Assembly (NCBI GenBank): GCA_965237805.1
Contig: OZ250153.1
Location: 320,001-384,000 of the forward strand
DNA: 64,000 nucleotides
DNA from: Gammaproteobacteria bacterium
Lineage (GTDB): Bacteria; Pseudomonadota; Gammaproteobacteria; JABABF01
Direction of reading: 5' to 3'
Shown here one piece after another: positions 30,747-40,161 of this stretch. The stretch's first letter is position 1. Each line of letters starts with the position of its first letter. The notes under the pieces were generated by a model. It ran no database searches. It was given only the letters and a program-made list of their open reading frames with translations, and was not told where the DNA came from. The position numbers and the translations under genes were made by a program.

Positions 30747-31695
30747 CCACCGCCAACAATTCGGTCAAGCCAAGCAGATCGTCGGGCAGCGGGCGCTGCC
30801 ATTGTCTGTATTCGCCAGTTGCCGGGTGTGCCAAGCCCAGCAGCTCGGCGTGTAGCGCCTGTCGCCCGCTTTGCGACAGCCGCTCCCGCAACGCCTCAGC
30901 GGCCGCTGGCGGAAAGCGTGGGCGCGCACCGTAGAGAGCATCGCCGACCAACGGATAGCCAATATGGCTCAGATGCACCCGGATCTGGTGTGTGCGCCCC
31001 GTCTCCAAACGCACCCGCAGCAGGCTGTGATAGCGATAGCGCCGCAACACGCGGTAGTGACTGCGCGCCGCTCGACCGTCACCCCGTACCGCCATACGCA
31101 GGCGATGACGCGGGTGTCGCCCGATCGGTGCATCCACCGAGCCGCCGCCGCTGGGCACGCCATTGACAATGGCCAAGTACTCGCGCCGTATGCTGCGGGC
31201 TGCCAGTTGCGCCACCAGCGATCTCTGGGCCAGCGGACTGCGGGCCACCACCAACAGCCCACTGGTATCGCGATCCAAGCGGTGCACCAAGCCCGCACGC
31301 GGCAGCTGGAACAATTCCGGGTAACGCGCCAACAGTGCATTGGCCAGCGTGTCCTCAGCGTGTCCCGCAGCCGGGTGCACCACAAGACCACTGGCCTTGT
31401 CGAGCACAATCATGTGCTCGTCTTCGTACTCCACATGCAGTGCGCCCGGCAACTCCACCGCCCGCCATGCCGCGACACCGGCGGCGGGTGCTGGCGGCGG
31501 TGGGCACAGACACAGCACCGCTCCCACCGCCAACACCGTGCGCGGCTTGACCGGGCTACCGTCCACCGTCAGCACCCCATCGCGGATCCATCGTTGCAGG
31601 CAATTACGAGAATAGTCTGGAAATAGCACCGCCGCCGCACGATCCAAACGCTGCCCCGCCAATGCTGGCGGCAATTCTGCACGCAGCTCGGACAT
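30724..31695 (-). CDS. rluD: 23S rRNA pseudouridine synthase RluD
   Basis: GQRLD, GLVVHPAAGH, VHRLDRDTSGLL, LETGRTHQIRVH, RQALHA. Confidence 0.96.
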   Translation of the reverse strand: MSELRAELPPALAGQRLDRAAAVLFPDYSRNCLQRWIRDGVLTVDGSPVKPRTVLAVGAVLCLCPPPPAPAAGVAAWRAVELPGALHVEYEDEHMIVLDKASGLVVHPAAGHAEDTLANALLARYPELFQLPRAGLVHRLDRDTSGLLVVARSPLAQRSLVAQLAARSIRREYLAIVNGVPSGGGSVDAPIGRHPRHRLRMAVRGDGRAARSHYRVLRRYRYHSLLRVRLETGRTHQIRVHLSHIGYPLVGDALYGARPRFPPAAAEALRERLSQSGRQALHAELLGLAHPATGEYRQWQRPLPDDLLGLTELLAVDAGGATA

Positions 31696-31729
31696 GTCGG
31701 CAACCGTTGTGTTAAAGTCTGTCCTCGAC

Positions 31730-32629
31730 ATGGATTTACACCATCACCCCACTGCGTTACTGGTTTGTTGCGCACTCAGCGCCACGCTGTCGCTGGGCTC
31801 ATGCGCCTACTTCAAAGGCAAGGAAGAGAAGCGCACCGAGCTGGCAGCCAACCAGCAACAACTAGTTTACCAAGAGGCACGGCGATTGCTGGAGCGCGCA
31901 CGCTACAGCGATAGCATCCTCCGTTTGCAAGCGCTGCTCAGCAACTTTCCCTCAGGCCCCTATGCAGAGCAGGCACAACTCGATTTGGCCTACGCCCAAT
32001 ACCGCATTTTCAATTTGACGGAAGCCGCAGCTTCGGTAGACTATTTCCTCTCGCTGTACCCCGATCACAACCAGCGCGATTACGCTCTCTATCTGCGCGG
32101 GCTCAGCAGTTTCTCAGACCGCTCCGGACTGCTGTTGCGTTGGCTACCCATAGACCGCTCACAGCGCGATATGAAAGATGCACGCACTGCATTCGACTTC
32201 TTCTCGACTCTGCTCAACGAATACCCAGAGAGCGAGCTGGCCGAGAACACTCGCGCCCGCACCCGCTCCTTGCGCAACCTGCTGGCACGCCACGAGATGC
32301 AGGTGGCCAACTATTATTTGAAGCGACACGCTTGGCTGGCAGCTGCCAAACGCGGGCAGTTCATCATCGAGCACTACCCGCACAGCCCGGCCGTGGCCGA
32401 TGCACTCGCCACCATCAGCTACGCCTACGACCGGCTCGGTCTGAACACCATGGCGCACGATGCGGCAAAGGGTTTGGCCTTGAACTATCCAGATTACCCC
32501 GGCCTCAATAGTGATGATGGCCAAGTGCGTCCGTTGAAGAACAGGATGCAAGTATGGCTCTCCTATGTGGGCATCATGCCGCTGCCAGCACCGCGCTTTG
32601 ACAGCCGGGGGCTGGCGGAGACACTGTGA
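31730..32629 (+). CDS. bamD: Outer membrane protein assembly lipoprotein BamD
   Basis: Lipobox LGSC, PYAEQAQLDLAYA, YALYLRGL, LARHEMQVANYY; divergent from rluD. Confidence 0.92.
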   Translation: MDLHHHPTALLVCCALSATLSLGSCAYFKGKEEKRTELAANQQQLVYQEARRLLERARYSDSILRLQALLSNFPSGPYAEQAQLDLAYAQYRIFNLTEAAASVDYFLSLYPDHNQRDYALYLRGLSSFSDRSGLLLRWLPIDRSQRDMKDARTAFDFFSTLLNEYPESELAENTRARTRSLRNLLARHEMQVANYYLKRHAWLAAAKRGQFIIEHYPHSPAVADALATISYAYDRLGLNTMAHDAAKGLALNYPDYPGLNSDDGQVRPLKNRMQVWLSYVGIMPLPAPRFDSRGLAETL

Positions 32630-33954
32630 ACGACGAGAGTGGTAGCGACTGGCAAGTAGCGACGGCCACGGTTGATGCGCCGCCGCGCTGGAAGCGGCGG
32701 CAAGTACTGCACGGTGCCGCCATCGGCACAGGCATCGGCGGTGTGCTCGGCCTGCTCAATGGCTGCGCTGTGGGCAGCAGCCTGCAAGGCCTGATCCAAG
32801 CCGCGACAGGAAATGCGCAGTCGGCTCAAAAAAGCCAAGCTGCGATGGCTGTGCTCGCCGACAGCGTGGACGATATCTCGGTGCGCTATGTCAGCGCGGT
32901 GGCACGCTCACCGGCAGAGATCGCAGAGGGTCTCCGCTATCTGACACAGCTGCTCGGTGCCGCTTTCGAGCGCTTCGTCGAAGGTGACCCGACACGCCCC
33001 TATTTAATCAGCGCCTCCGCGACGAGACGCAAGCTGCTCGGCGACAACCCAGACGGCATCTATTATTTCAGCCAACTCGATGGGAAGCGCGAACACATCA
33101 TCCGCGGCAGGCGCAACGGACGCGAGTACCTCGGCATCACCGTACACGGCGGTGCGGGGCCCATAGGGCAGTGGAACTTGGCCGGTACCGCCCATATCAA
33201 CCACCGGAAAATCAAATACAAAAATCGGCGCGGAGATTACGAGATCCACCTGGGGCCGACACGCGGCAAGGCACTCAACTGGCTCCAAACCGGCCCCGAG
33301 ACCCACTATGTCATCTGCCGCCACTACTACGAGAACACAGTGTCGGTCGGCAATGATCCAGACATCGACCCGAAGCCGACGATCGAGCCGGTGCAGCGGC
33401 CGCCAGCGCCCGGACGGCTGTCGGACCAAATATTGGCAGAGCGCCTGCTCGCCGTGGTCGCGTTCATGCGCGCCAGCACCATTGACTTCCCAGCGCAGCT
33501 GATGCCCTACGCCTCCTCGCAGCCGAACCAACTCGGCACACCCTTCAATTTTGCCACCATGGGGCGGGACAACCACATGGGTGCCATCGACAATACCTAC
33601 AGCACTGGTGCCTTTCTGCTTGAGCCACAGGAAGTGCTGTTGATGGAAGGGCGGCTCCCCACTTGCTATTTTGCCAATATCGTGCTCAGCAACCACTTCT
33701 TACAATCGGGAGACTTCCGCCATCGTACCATCTCACTGAATCGTCGCCAGCTGCGACTGGAGCCGGATGGCAGCTACCGCATCGCCATCTCTGCGCATAA
33801 CCCGCAGACGGGCAACTGGCTGGACACCGCAGGACGGCGTTCCGGACTGCTCCAATGGCGCTTCCTGTTGGCAGAGGGGAAAGTGCAACGCCCGCGCACA
33901 CGCGTGGTCTCTTACGCCGAAGCGCGGGGTTTGCCCTCCTCTGGGCGGCCATAG
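32626..33954 (+). CDS. Putative Tat-exported lipoprotein, DUF1214-like (paralog 1)
   Basis: KRRQVL...LLNGC signal; GDNPDGIY; C-terminal DGSYRIAISAHNP..GNWLDTAGR..G..WRF. Confidence 0.7.
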   Translation: MNDESGSDWQVATATVDAPPRWKRRQVLHGAAIGTGIGGVLGLLNGCAVGSSLQGLIQAATGNAQSAQKSQAAMAVLADSVDDISVRYVSAVARSPAEIAEGLRYLTQLLGAAFERFVEGDPTRPYLISASATRRKLLGDNPDGIYYFSQLDGKREHIIRGRRNGREYLGITVHGGAGPIGQWNLAGTAHINHRKIKYKNRRGDYEIHLGPTRGKALNWLQTGPETHYVICRHYYENTVSVGNDPDIDPKPTIEPVQRPPAPGRLSDQILAERLLAVVAFMRASTIDFPAQLMPYASSQPNQLGTPFNFATMGRDNHMGAIDNTYSTGAFLLEPQEVLLMEGRLPTCYFANIVLSNHFLQSGDFRHRTISLNRRQLRLEPDGSYRIAISAHNPQTGNWLDTAGRRSGLLQWRFLLAEGKVQRPRTRVVSYAEARGLPSSGRP

Positions 33955-33955
33955 C

Positions 33956-35355
33956 ATGAGCGAATATTCCGACAGCGGCGAGGGGACATTGCAGCGGCTC
34001 GCCAGCCCGCCAGCACCCACGACGCCACCGCGAGCAACGGCAGCACGCCGGGACGACGCCAATTCCTGCGCCGCGCCGGACTCGGTGCCGGTGTGCTGGC
34101 AGCGCTGGGAACAGCTGAGGCGGCGGCACAGCAAGCACCGAGCATTGCGCCCAACAGCGCCAGCTCGGCGATGCGCGCGCTGAACGCCACCATACGCGAG
34201 CTTTCGACCAACTACTTCAGCCCGGCCAACGGCTTCGTCTCGGCAGACGATATCGTCGAAGGGCAGCGCTACCTGACACATCTGCTCGGTGCCGCCTACG
34301 AGTTCTATCTGGAGGGCGATGCCCTGCGACCCCAGTTCGTGAATATGGTCTCGCCAGTGCGAAAATTCCTCGGCGACAACCCGGATGCCCGCTATCACTT
34401 CAGCCTGATTGATGGCCGCCGCGACTACCGCATCCGCGGACAGCGCATGGGAAGGGAATATATCGCCTACACCGTGCACGGTGGCGATGCGGCGGACGGC
34501 AATTGGAATGTGCCCGGTATCGCCCATATCAACCACCGCCAAATCAGCCCGTCCAATCGGCGTGGTGAATACGAACTCTATATCGGCCCGACACCGCAAC
34601 CCGGACACAACTGGCTCCAAATAGGCCGGGAAGCGCGCTATGTGATCTGCCGCCACTACTACGAGCACCTCCATGCGGCCGCAGCCGACCCGGCGGTGCG
34701 CCCCAAACTCAGCATCGAGCAGCTGCCGGCAGCGGCAGCTCCCAGCGATCCCTTGCCCGACGCAGAGATCGCTCGCCGCCTGCGCGCAGTCATTCAGTTT
34801 TTGCGTACCAGCACCGTGGAGATGACACGCACAGTGCCAGCGTGGTGGTCTCAGGTGCCGAACCAGCTGGGCATCGTCGAGCATTTCGGCAGCGATCAAA
34901 AAGATATCGGCCTCGGCGCGCTCGACAACAGCTACAGCGCTGGCCCCTACCTGCTGGCACCCGGCCAAGTGCTGATCATGACCGGCCGCATGCCAGCCTG
35001 CTTCTTTGCCAATGTCGTGCTGTGGAACCGCTTCCTACAAACCGACGACTACCGCTATCGGCAGATCTCGCTAAACCGCCGCCAGATGAAACTGGACAGC
35101 GAAGGGCGCTATCAAATCGCCATCGGCCCGCACAACCCAGACCCGGCACGCTGGGATTGGCTGGACACCGGCGATCGCGCCTTCGGCATCATCCAATGGC
35201 GCTTCCTGCTCGCCGAAGGCACGGTGGAAACGCCGCGCTTGCAGCTGAGCACCATCGGTGCCTTGGCGCAGGGCACCACATGGCCGCCACCGGATGCTGC
35301 CGCCGCAGCCCCAGCTCAGCCAGCGACGGCAACAGACCCTGCCGCGAGCCCCTGA
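33956..35355 (+). CDS. Putative Tat-exported DUF1214-like protein (paralog 2), with a 1-base frameshift near 33982-33985
   Basis: The ATG at 33956 joins the 34093 frame if G4 is read as G5, giving the Tat signal RRQFLRRAGLGAGVLAALGTAEA. Colinear with paralog 1 (RYLT.LLGAA, GDNPD, YVICRHYYE, SLNRRQ, WLDT). Confidence 0.7.
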
Positions 35356-35406
35356 GCGACACTCAGCAGCAGTGATCAGCGGTCGGAACCGGGCACCGCG
35401 GACACG

Positions 35407-35973
35407 CTACTCCCCGGATGCACCCTCTTGAGCCGAGACAATACCGGTCGGCGCACCATCCAAGCTGAGCTGGTTGTTGTCGCGCCAATAATCACGCACC
35501 CCCGCCTTGCCTTTTTTCACAGCCCAACGCTGCAACGCATCGCGTTCCCCGATGTACTCTAAAAACGGCACTCCCATGCCGCAGGAAGTGCTGACTAAGT
35601 CTAGGCGGACATCGAGCAGCTGACGTGCGCCGGGCTGTGGCTCAAAGTGTCCGTACAGGCTGTGCCATTCGGGATCGCCGGGATGGTAGACACTGGCCGC
35701 ACCGTAGAGCCTGAGAATGATCGGCGCGCCCTCGAAGGCGCAGAACATCAAGGTGATGCGGTTGCATTGCAGCAAATGGGCTGCCGTCTCGTTGCCGCTA
35801 CCGGTCAGGTTGAGCCACAGCACCCGCTGGTCGTCGAGTATGCGCAGGGTGTCCATGCCTTTGGGTGATATGTTAACGTGACCATCGGCGGCCGCGGTGG
35901 CGACAAAGAAAACATGTTGCTCGCCGATGAAAGTGCTGAGGCGCTCATTCAGCCGCTCGTATTTCTTGCCCAT
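35407..35973 (-). CDS. Pyridoxamine 5'-phosphate oxidase-like FMN-binding protein
   Basis: FFVATAA, NISPKG, LTGSGNETAAH, MFCAFEG, SCGMGVP. Confidence 0.88.
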   Translation of the reverse strand: MGKKYERLNERLSTFIGEQHVFFVATAAADGHVNISPKGMDTLRILDDQRVLWLNLTGSGNETAAHLLQCNRITLMFCAFEGAPIILRLYGAASVYHPGDPEWHSLYGHFEPQPGARQLLDVRLDLVSTSCGMGVPFLEYIGERDALQRWAVKKGKAGVRDYWRDNNQLSLDGAPTGIVSAQEGASGE

Positions 35974-36125
35974 TGGATGTGGTATCGCAACGCAGGAACA
36001 CGCTTCATATGATAGCGCATGGTCACTGTCACACGCATCATGCAAGAGTCTCAAGCAGTCATATCAAGATCGACAGATACGGGGGCATGATCCTCGGTTG
36101 CTGGCCATGGAACAACACCCCGAGC

Positions 36126-37223
36126 CTAAGACCATAGCGGCAATTGGGTCCACAATTGGTAAGCTGAGCAGAATGCGGCCAACGCTTGGCGATCTTGTGC
36201 CGAAAGCAGTGGGTTGTCCCGCAACTGTTCTTCAAGCTGTGGGCACAATTCCAACGCACAGTCGGCATAGTTATCCGCACTCAAGCTCGCTTGTTCTAAG
36301 GCGGTAATAAAAACATCCGTCAAACGCATGCCCATACGCTCCTGATCAAAATCATCGTACAGATCGTGCTCATTGCGGTCTTGTCTGACGATGGGCGCCC
36401 CAAAAGCGATGCCATGGCCCAGATGGTCGGCGATGCGTTTGACGACAAAACTGGCGAAGATGTCGTCGTAGCGCCCGACATCCGGGCTCAGAAAATAGGC
36501 GGGCAACAGCTCGCGTGCAAGCGCGGTATTCTGCGAATTGAAAGGTGTCCAAACCCCCCCCGCAACAAAGAAATGCTCGGGACCATCATAGGACCGGACA
36601 TCAATCGGAGCAGCGAGGCGGGTCACGCCATCGATGTCCGGATCGCCCAGCCACAATCCGGCGTTCACCACCACCCGCTTGCGCTCACGGCATTGGGGAA
36701 ATGCCGGGTCATCGGCGATACGGCGAGCGGCCATGCCGTAACCTCGAGGGAAAAAACGGCGCTGATCGGCATCGCGTAAAAAACGGCAAATGTTGAACCA
36801 GCCCCCGGCACGAGCTTGCCCCATGCTGTCCAACTCAACTTCCGTGCCAGTGATGGCATGGCTGCCAAAATAATCTGAGCCGACGATGAAATTGTCATCG
36901 TCCACGGTGACCACGGTTTCGGCACCGTCCATCGCTGCTTTGAGCACCGCAACATTGCGCCGTTGGATACTGTTCCACGGCAGTGTTGCAGCAAAGTCTG
37001 GCCATGGCCGCAACAATAGCTCTTGTTCCGACACCCCCAAGTATTCGCAGCTGATCCCCGTTTCACGCTCCACTGAGCGACAAAACTCCACGGCAGGCTC
37101 CGGGGTTTTTCGATCCCCCGCCACATAGATCTTCAACTCACGTCGATGAGCGACAGCATCTTTGGCATAGTCCAAGAGTAGTTCAGGCACATTGATGGTG
37201 GTGATGATCAACGCTGTCGTCAT
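36126..37223 (-). CDS. RGP / UDP-arabinopyranose mutase (GT75)-like or STELLO-related GT-A fold protein
   Basis: TTIN, GDRKTP, VTVDDDNF, FPRGY, GLWLGDPDIDG, GRYDDIF..FVVKRIADHLG resemble plant RGP motifs (DDD; RGYP; GLWLNIPDYDA; GRYDDMW; ICDHLG). Confidence 0.7.
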   Translation of the reverse strand: MTTALIITTINVPELLLDYAKDAVAHRRELKIYVAGDRKTPEPAVEFCRSVERETGISCEYLGVSEQELLLRPWPDFAATLPWNSIQRRNVAVLKAAMDGAETVVTVDDDNFIVGSDYFGSHAITGTEVELDSMGQARAGGWFNICRFLRDADQRRFFPRGYGMAARRIADDPAFPQCRERKRVVVNAGLWLGDPDIDGVTRLAAPIDVRSYDGPEHFFVAGGVWTPFNSQNTALARELLPAYFLSPDVGRYDDIFASFVVKRIADHLGHGIAFGAPIVRQDRNEHDLYDDFDQERMGMRLTDVFITALEQASLSADNYADCALELCPQLEEQLRDNPLLSAQDRQALAAFCSAYQLWTQLPLWS

Positions 37224-37507
37224 GGTTCACTCCGAACGCAATTTAAATGAATGCCCGCTCAAGACAGTGGCAGAGCCAAAGATAGGATCCGACACGGCCT
37301 GGGGAGCGTGACGATGACCACCTCTGAGTGGACTTCGAGCAGACCGCGCCACCTTGAGCGGCAATCGGCCCAGGTTTTTCTGCGACAGTCAAAGGTGCCC
37401 AAAATAGCGACCCGCAGGATCACTCTCCACACCACTCACTTATCGCCGCATATCAGTATAGTAGCAATCATCGCCTGCATCGCGCAATGCTCCAGACATC
37501 TGGGACC

Positions 37508-38486
37508 TCAGCTGCCGCTGCGCCAAGCGACTGGATCGAGCTCGCGCAAATCGTCGATCTGCTCCAAGAACCAACGCTAAGTGGATGCCAACCCAGCGCG
37601 CAAGCCGATGGCTGGACACCAGCCCAAGGCGAGCAATTTGGAGCTGTCGAGCAGCTTGCGCGGTGTACCATCAGGCCGCGAAGCATCGTAGCGGAGCTCC
37701 CCGTCGAAACCGACTGCCGCTTGCAACTCGGTGGCGATCTCGGCGCTGCTGCACTCCTCGCCACTGCCGATATTCAGCACATCGGGCACCCCGCCATCAG
37801 CTTTCAACTGCGCTTCCAAGATGAATAGCAAAGCGCGCGCCAGATCGTCGACATGGAGACAGTCCCGCATGGCTCGCCCACTGCCTCAGACTTCGACCCA
37901 GTCGGCGCGGGCCAATTTCGCCAAGTGGAAGCTGCGCATCAGGCCGGGAATCACATGGGAGTGCGCCCAGCTAAAACTATCGCCCGGGCCATAGAGCTTG
38001 GTCGGCATCACACTGCAGATCTCGAGGCCGTGCTGCTGCCGATAGGCTCTCCCCAGCTCAAAGCCCAGCCAATTTCGCCATCGCGTAGGCTCGGTTGGTC
38101 TGCTCTAAGGACCCGGTCATCAGACACTCTTCGCGCATCGGCTGGGGGCAGTAGTCGCGGGAGATTGATACAGCTGCTGCCCAAGAACAGCGTCACCGGA
38201 CAGTCATAGCGCCGTGCCGCCTCGATCAAGTTGGTCTGTCATCAGATGCTGGGCGATGAAGTCGCCAGAGGGGCTGCTGTTGGCGACGATGCCGCGGCCA
38301 GTGCGGCACCGATGATCTGCGCCCGCGGTCGCTCGGCAGCGAAGAAATCAAAGACAGCGGCCTGCCGCGTCAAATCCAAATCCGTGCGCGGGGCGATCAA
38401 CAGCTCGTCATAACCGGCTATCACTCAAAGCGCGATGCTCTGCGCTACCCACCCATGCCACGGTGGCCGGAGCTAAAAATCTTCAT
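37508..38486 (-). pseudogene. fcl: Degraded GDP-L-fucose synthase
   Basis: Fragments in several frames: [92 protein letters not shown]. Multiple stops and frameshifts. Confidence 0.9.
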
Positions 38487-38613
38487 GCTGTGGGCAATGC
38501 TGTCATGGGGCGATGGCACGCTATCGAGCTGCAATGTGCGTGCGAGCAGCAATATGCGCGGATGAACACCGCGTCGGTGTTCATTATAAAATGCTGCCAG
38601 CAATGATCAGCGA

Positions 38614-40152
38614 TCAGTTGGCGACGCGATCAGTACTGCGCTTGCCAGCTGGTGTGGCTCCTGCGCCAACACTCACTAATCGCTGCGCGGCGACGACCCC
38701 GCCGCCAATGCCATGCGCCAATGCGGTGGCAAAGGAACTCCCAGCAGCAGCTAAAAACCAAGTAAACAACGGGGGAAAGGCCACATAGAGTGAAAACAAT
38801 AGTACCTGAAAGACCAGCTGAAAAAATCCGTTATCCAACAAGCCGAAAGCCGAGTCTGGAAGAATCGCAGCGGTGAGTGCGGTGTCCAGCCAAAACACTA
38901 GGCGGAATAAAAAACTCCAAAACACAATCGAGCTAAATGCCAAGCTGAGGGAGATCAGTAGTTCGAGCTGGAACAAGCCCACCGCGAGCAATATCGGCAA
39001 GGTTGCCACCAGTAACAACAACAGTAGCGACTGAATAATCGGTGCTGTATCCCGCACCAGTTTCAGGGACACGGCCAGTTCCGGAGCCGAGCGCACCGCA
39101 CCGAATCCGGCACCGATGCTCAGTGCGCTGTCGGCGATGCTGGCAGCCCAGCCGGTGCGTACCAACTCCCCTTTCAGCACCCCTTGGGCAAGCGGCCTGT
39201 CCGTGTGCAAAACAGCACGCAACAAGCGGTCATCTTCGGCGTCACTACGGGAACGAAACAAGTGGCGCCAGCGCGCACGCAAGCCGTGATCCAAGCTTGT
39301 TAGCAGTCTCGCTCTCAGCCCTAAATCACTGTCGAGCCACCACTGGCGGCAGGATGGAAAACCGCCATCAGCACTGAATTCAGCAGCGGCAAAGGTGTCG
39401 TCGCGTTCGCTGTCATAGGGAAAAGAAGACACGGCCTCAGCTGGAAACAGCTGGTCGTAATAACCCGGAGACTGCAGGAAAAAGCTCGACCCCGCCCACG
39501 ACAAATCCTCTTCCAGTGAGCTGCCCTCTGGCAATGGCTCGGAAGACGCCGTGCCAACACGCAAAAAACGCCTATAGGCCACTTTCCAACAAGCCCGTTG
39601 AAAATGTAATAACTCCTCGCGCAAGCGCGGATCACGCACCGAGGCGGCGACAATATCTGCAGACAGCGTACGCAAATCCAAGCGGCACGGTAAGGCATTG
39701 ATCGCAGCAGCGGTCAGTCCCCGGCTCAGATTGTTGAGTAGCCACCACCACAGTGGCACCGACACCGGCTCCCCCCCCAGTTCGAGGAAATCGTAATCCG
39801 ACGACTCGGCGGCGTGCCGCAATGTCAATCTGCGACGCATATCGGAATCGCTCAGCAGACAATCGTTCTCTGCGAAGACAAAATCCTTGGGGTGTACCGT
39901 CACGCTGGGCACGACACCGAGAAAGACGACGAGAAAAGCGAGATAGAGACGTAATTCGGATACTTGCAGAGCCGCCACACCGCGCTGCGCCAGCGGGATG
40001 CCAACAGTGGCACTACGCAAGCCACCGATCAGAATCGCCGCAAAAGGCAAATATGCCAAGCCGGTGTCGATCAGCAGTCGCCACAATGTGTCGTAGATGC
40101 GCCAAGCAGCTGCAGCCGTGACCAATTCGAGGAAGCTGCCGACGCTGTACAC
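38614..40152 (-). CDS. traG: TraG N-terminal-domain membrane protein (PFGI-1 class)
   Basis: LELV..W..L..TGLAYLPF, VPLWWW, DLSWAGSSFFLQSPGYYD, GFPSCRQWW.D..GLRARL; multi-TM C-terminus. Confidence 0.85.
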   Translation of the reverse strand: MYSVGSFLELVTAAAAWRIYDTLWRLLIDTGLAYLPFAAILIGGLRSATVGIPLAQRGVAALQVSELRLYLAFLVVFLGVVPSVTVHPKDFVFAENDCLLSDSDMRRRLTLRHAAESSDYDFLELGGEPVSVPLWWWLLNNLSRGLTAAAINALPCRLDLRTLSADIVAASVRDPRLREELLHFQRACWKVAYRRFLRVGTASSEPLPEGSSLEEDLSWAGSSFFLQSPGYYDQLFPAEAVSSFPYDSERDDTFAAAEFSADGGFPSCRQWWLDSDLGLRARLLTSLDHGLRARWRHLFRSRSDAEDDRLLRAVLHTDRPLAQGVLKGELVRTGWAASIADSALSIGAGFGAVRSAPELAVSLKLVRDTAPIIQSLLLLLLVATLPILLAVGLFQLELLISLSLAFSSIVFWSFLFRLVFWLDTALTAAILPDSAFGLLDNGFFQLVFQVLLFSLYVAFPPLFTWFLAAAGSSFATALAHGIGGGVVAAQRLVSVGAGATPAGKRSTDRVAN

Positions 40153-40161
40153 AGCACCAGC

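Noticed and set aside
33733-34968. Long antisense ORFs (also 59674-61083, 55231-56040, 30871-31626)
   Set aside because: They are shadows of real genes in GC-rich DNA with no recognisable motifs.
37251-37580. 109-aa plus-strand ORF between the RGP-like gene and fcl
   Set aside because: It has no recognisable motif, overlaps the pseudogene end, and probably spans promoter sequence.
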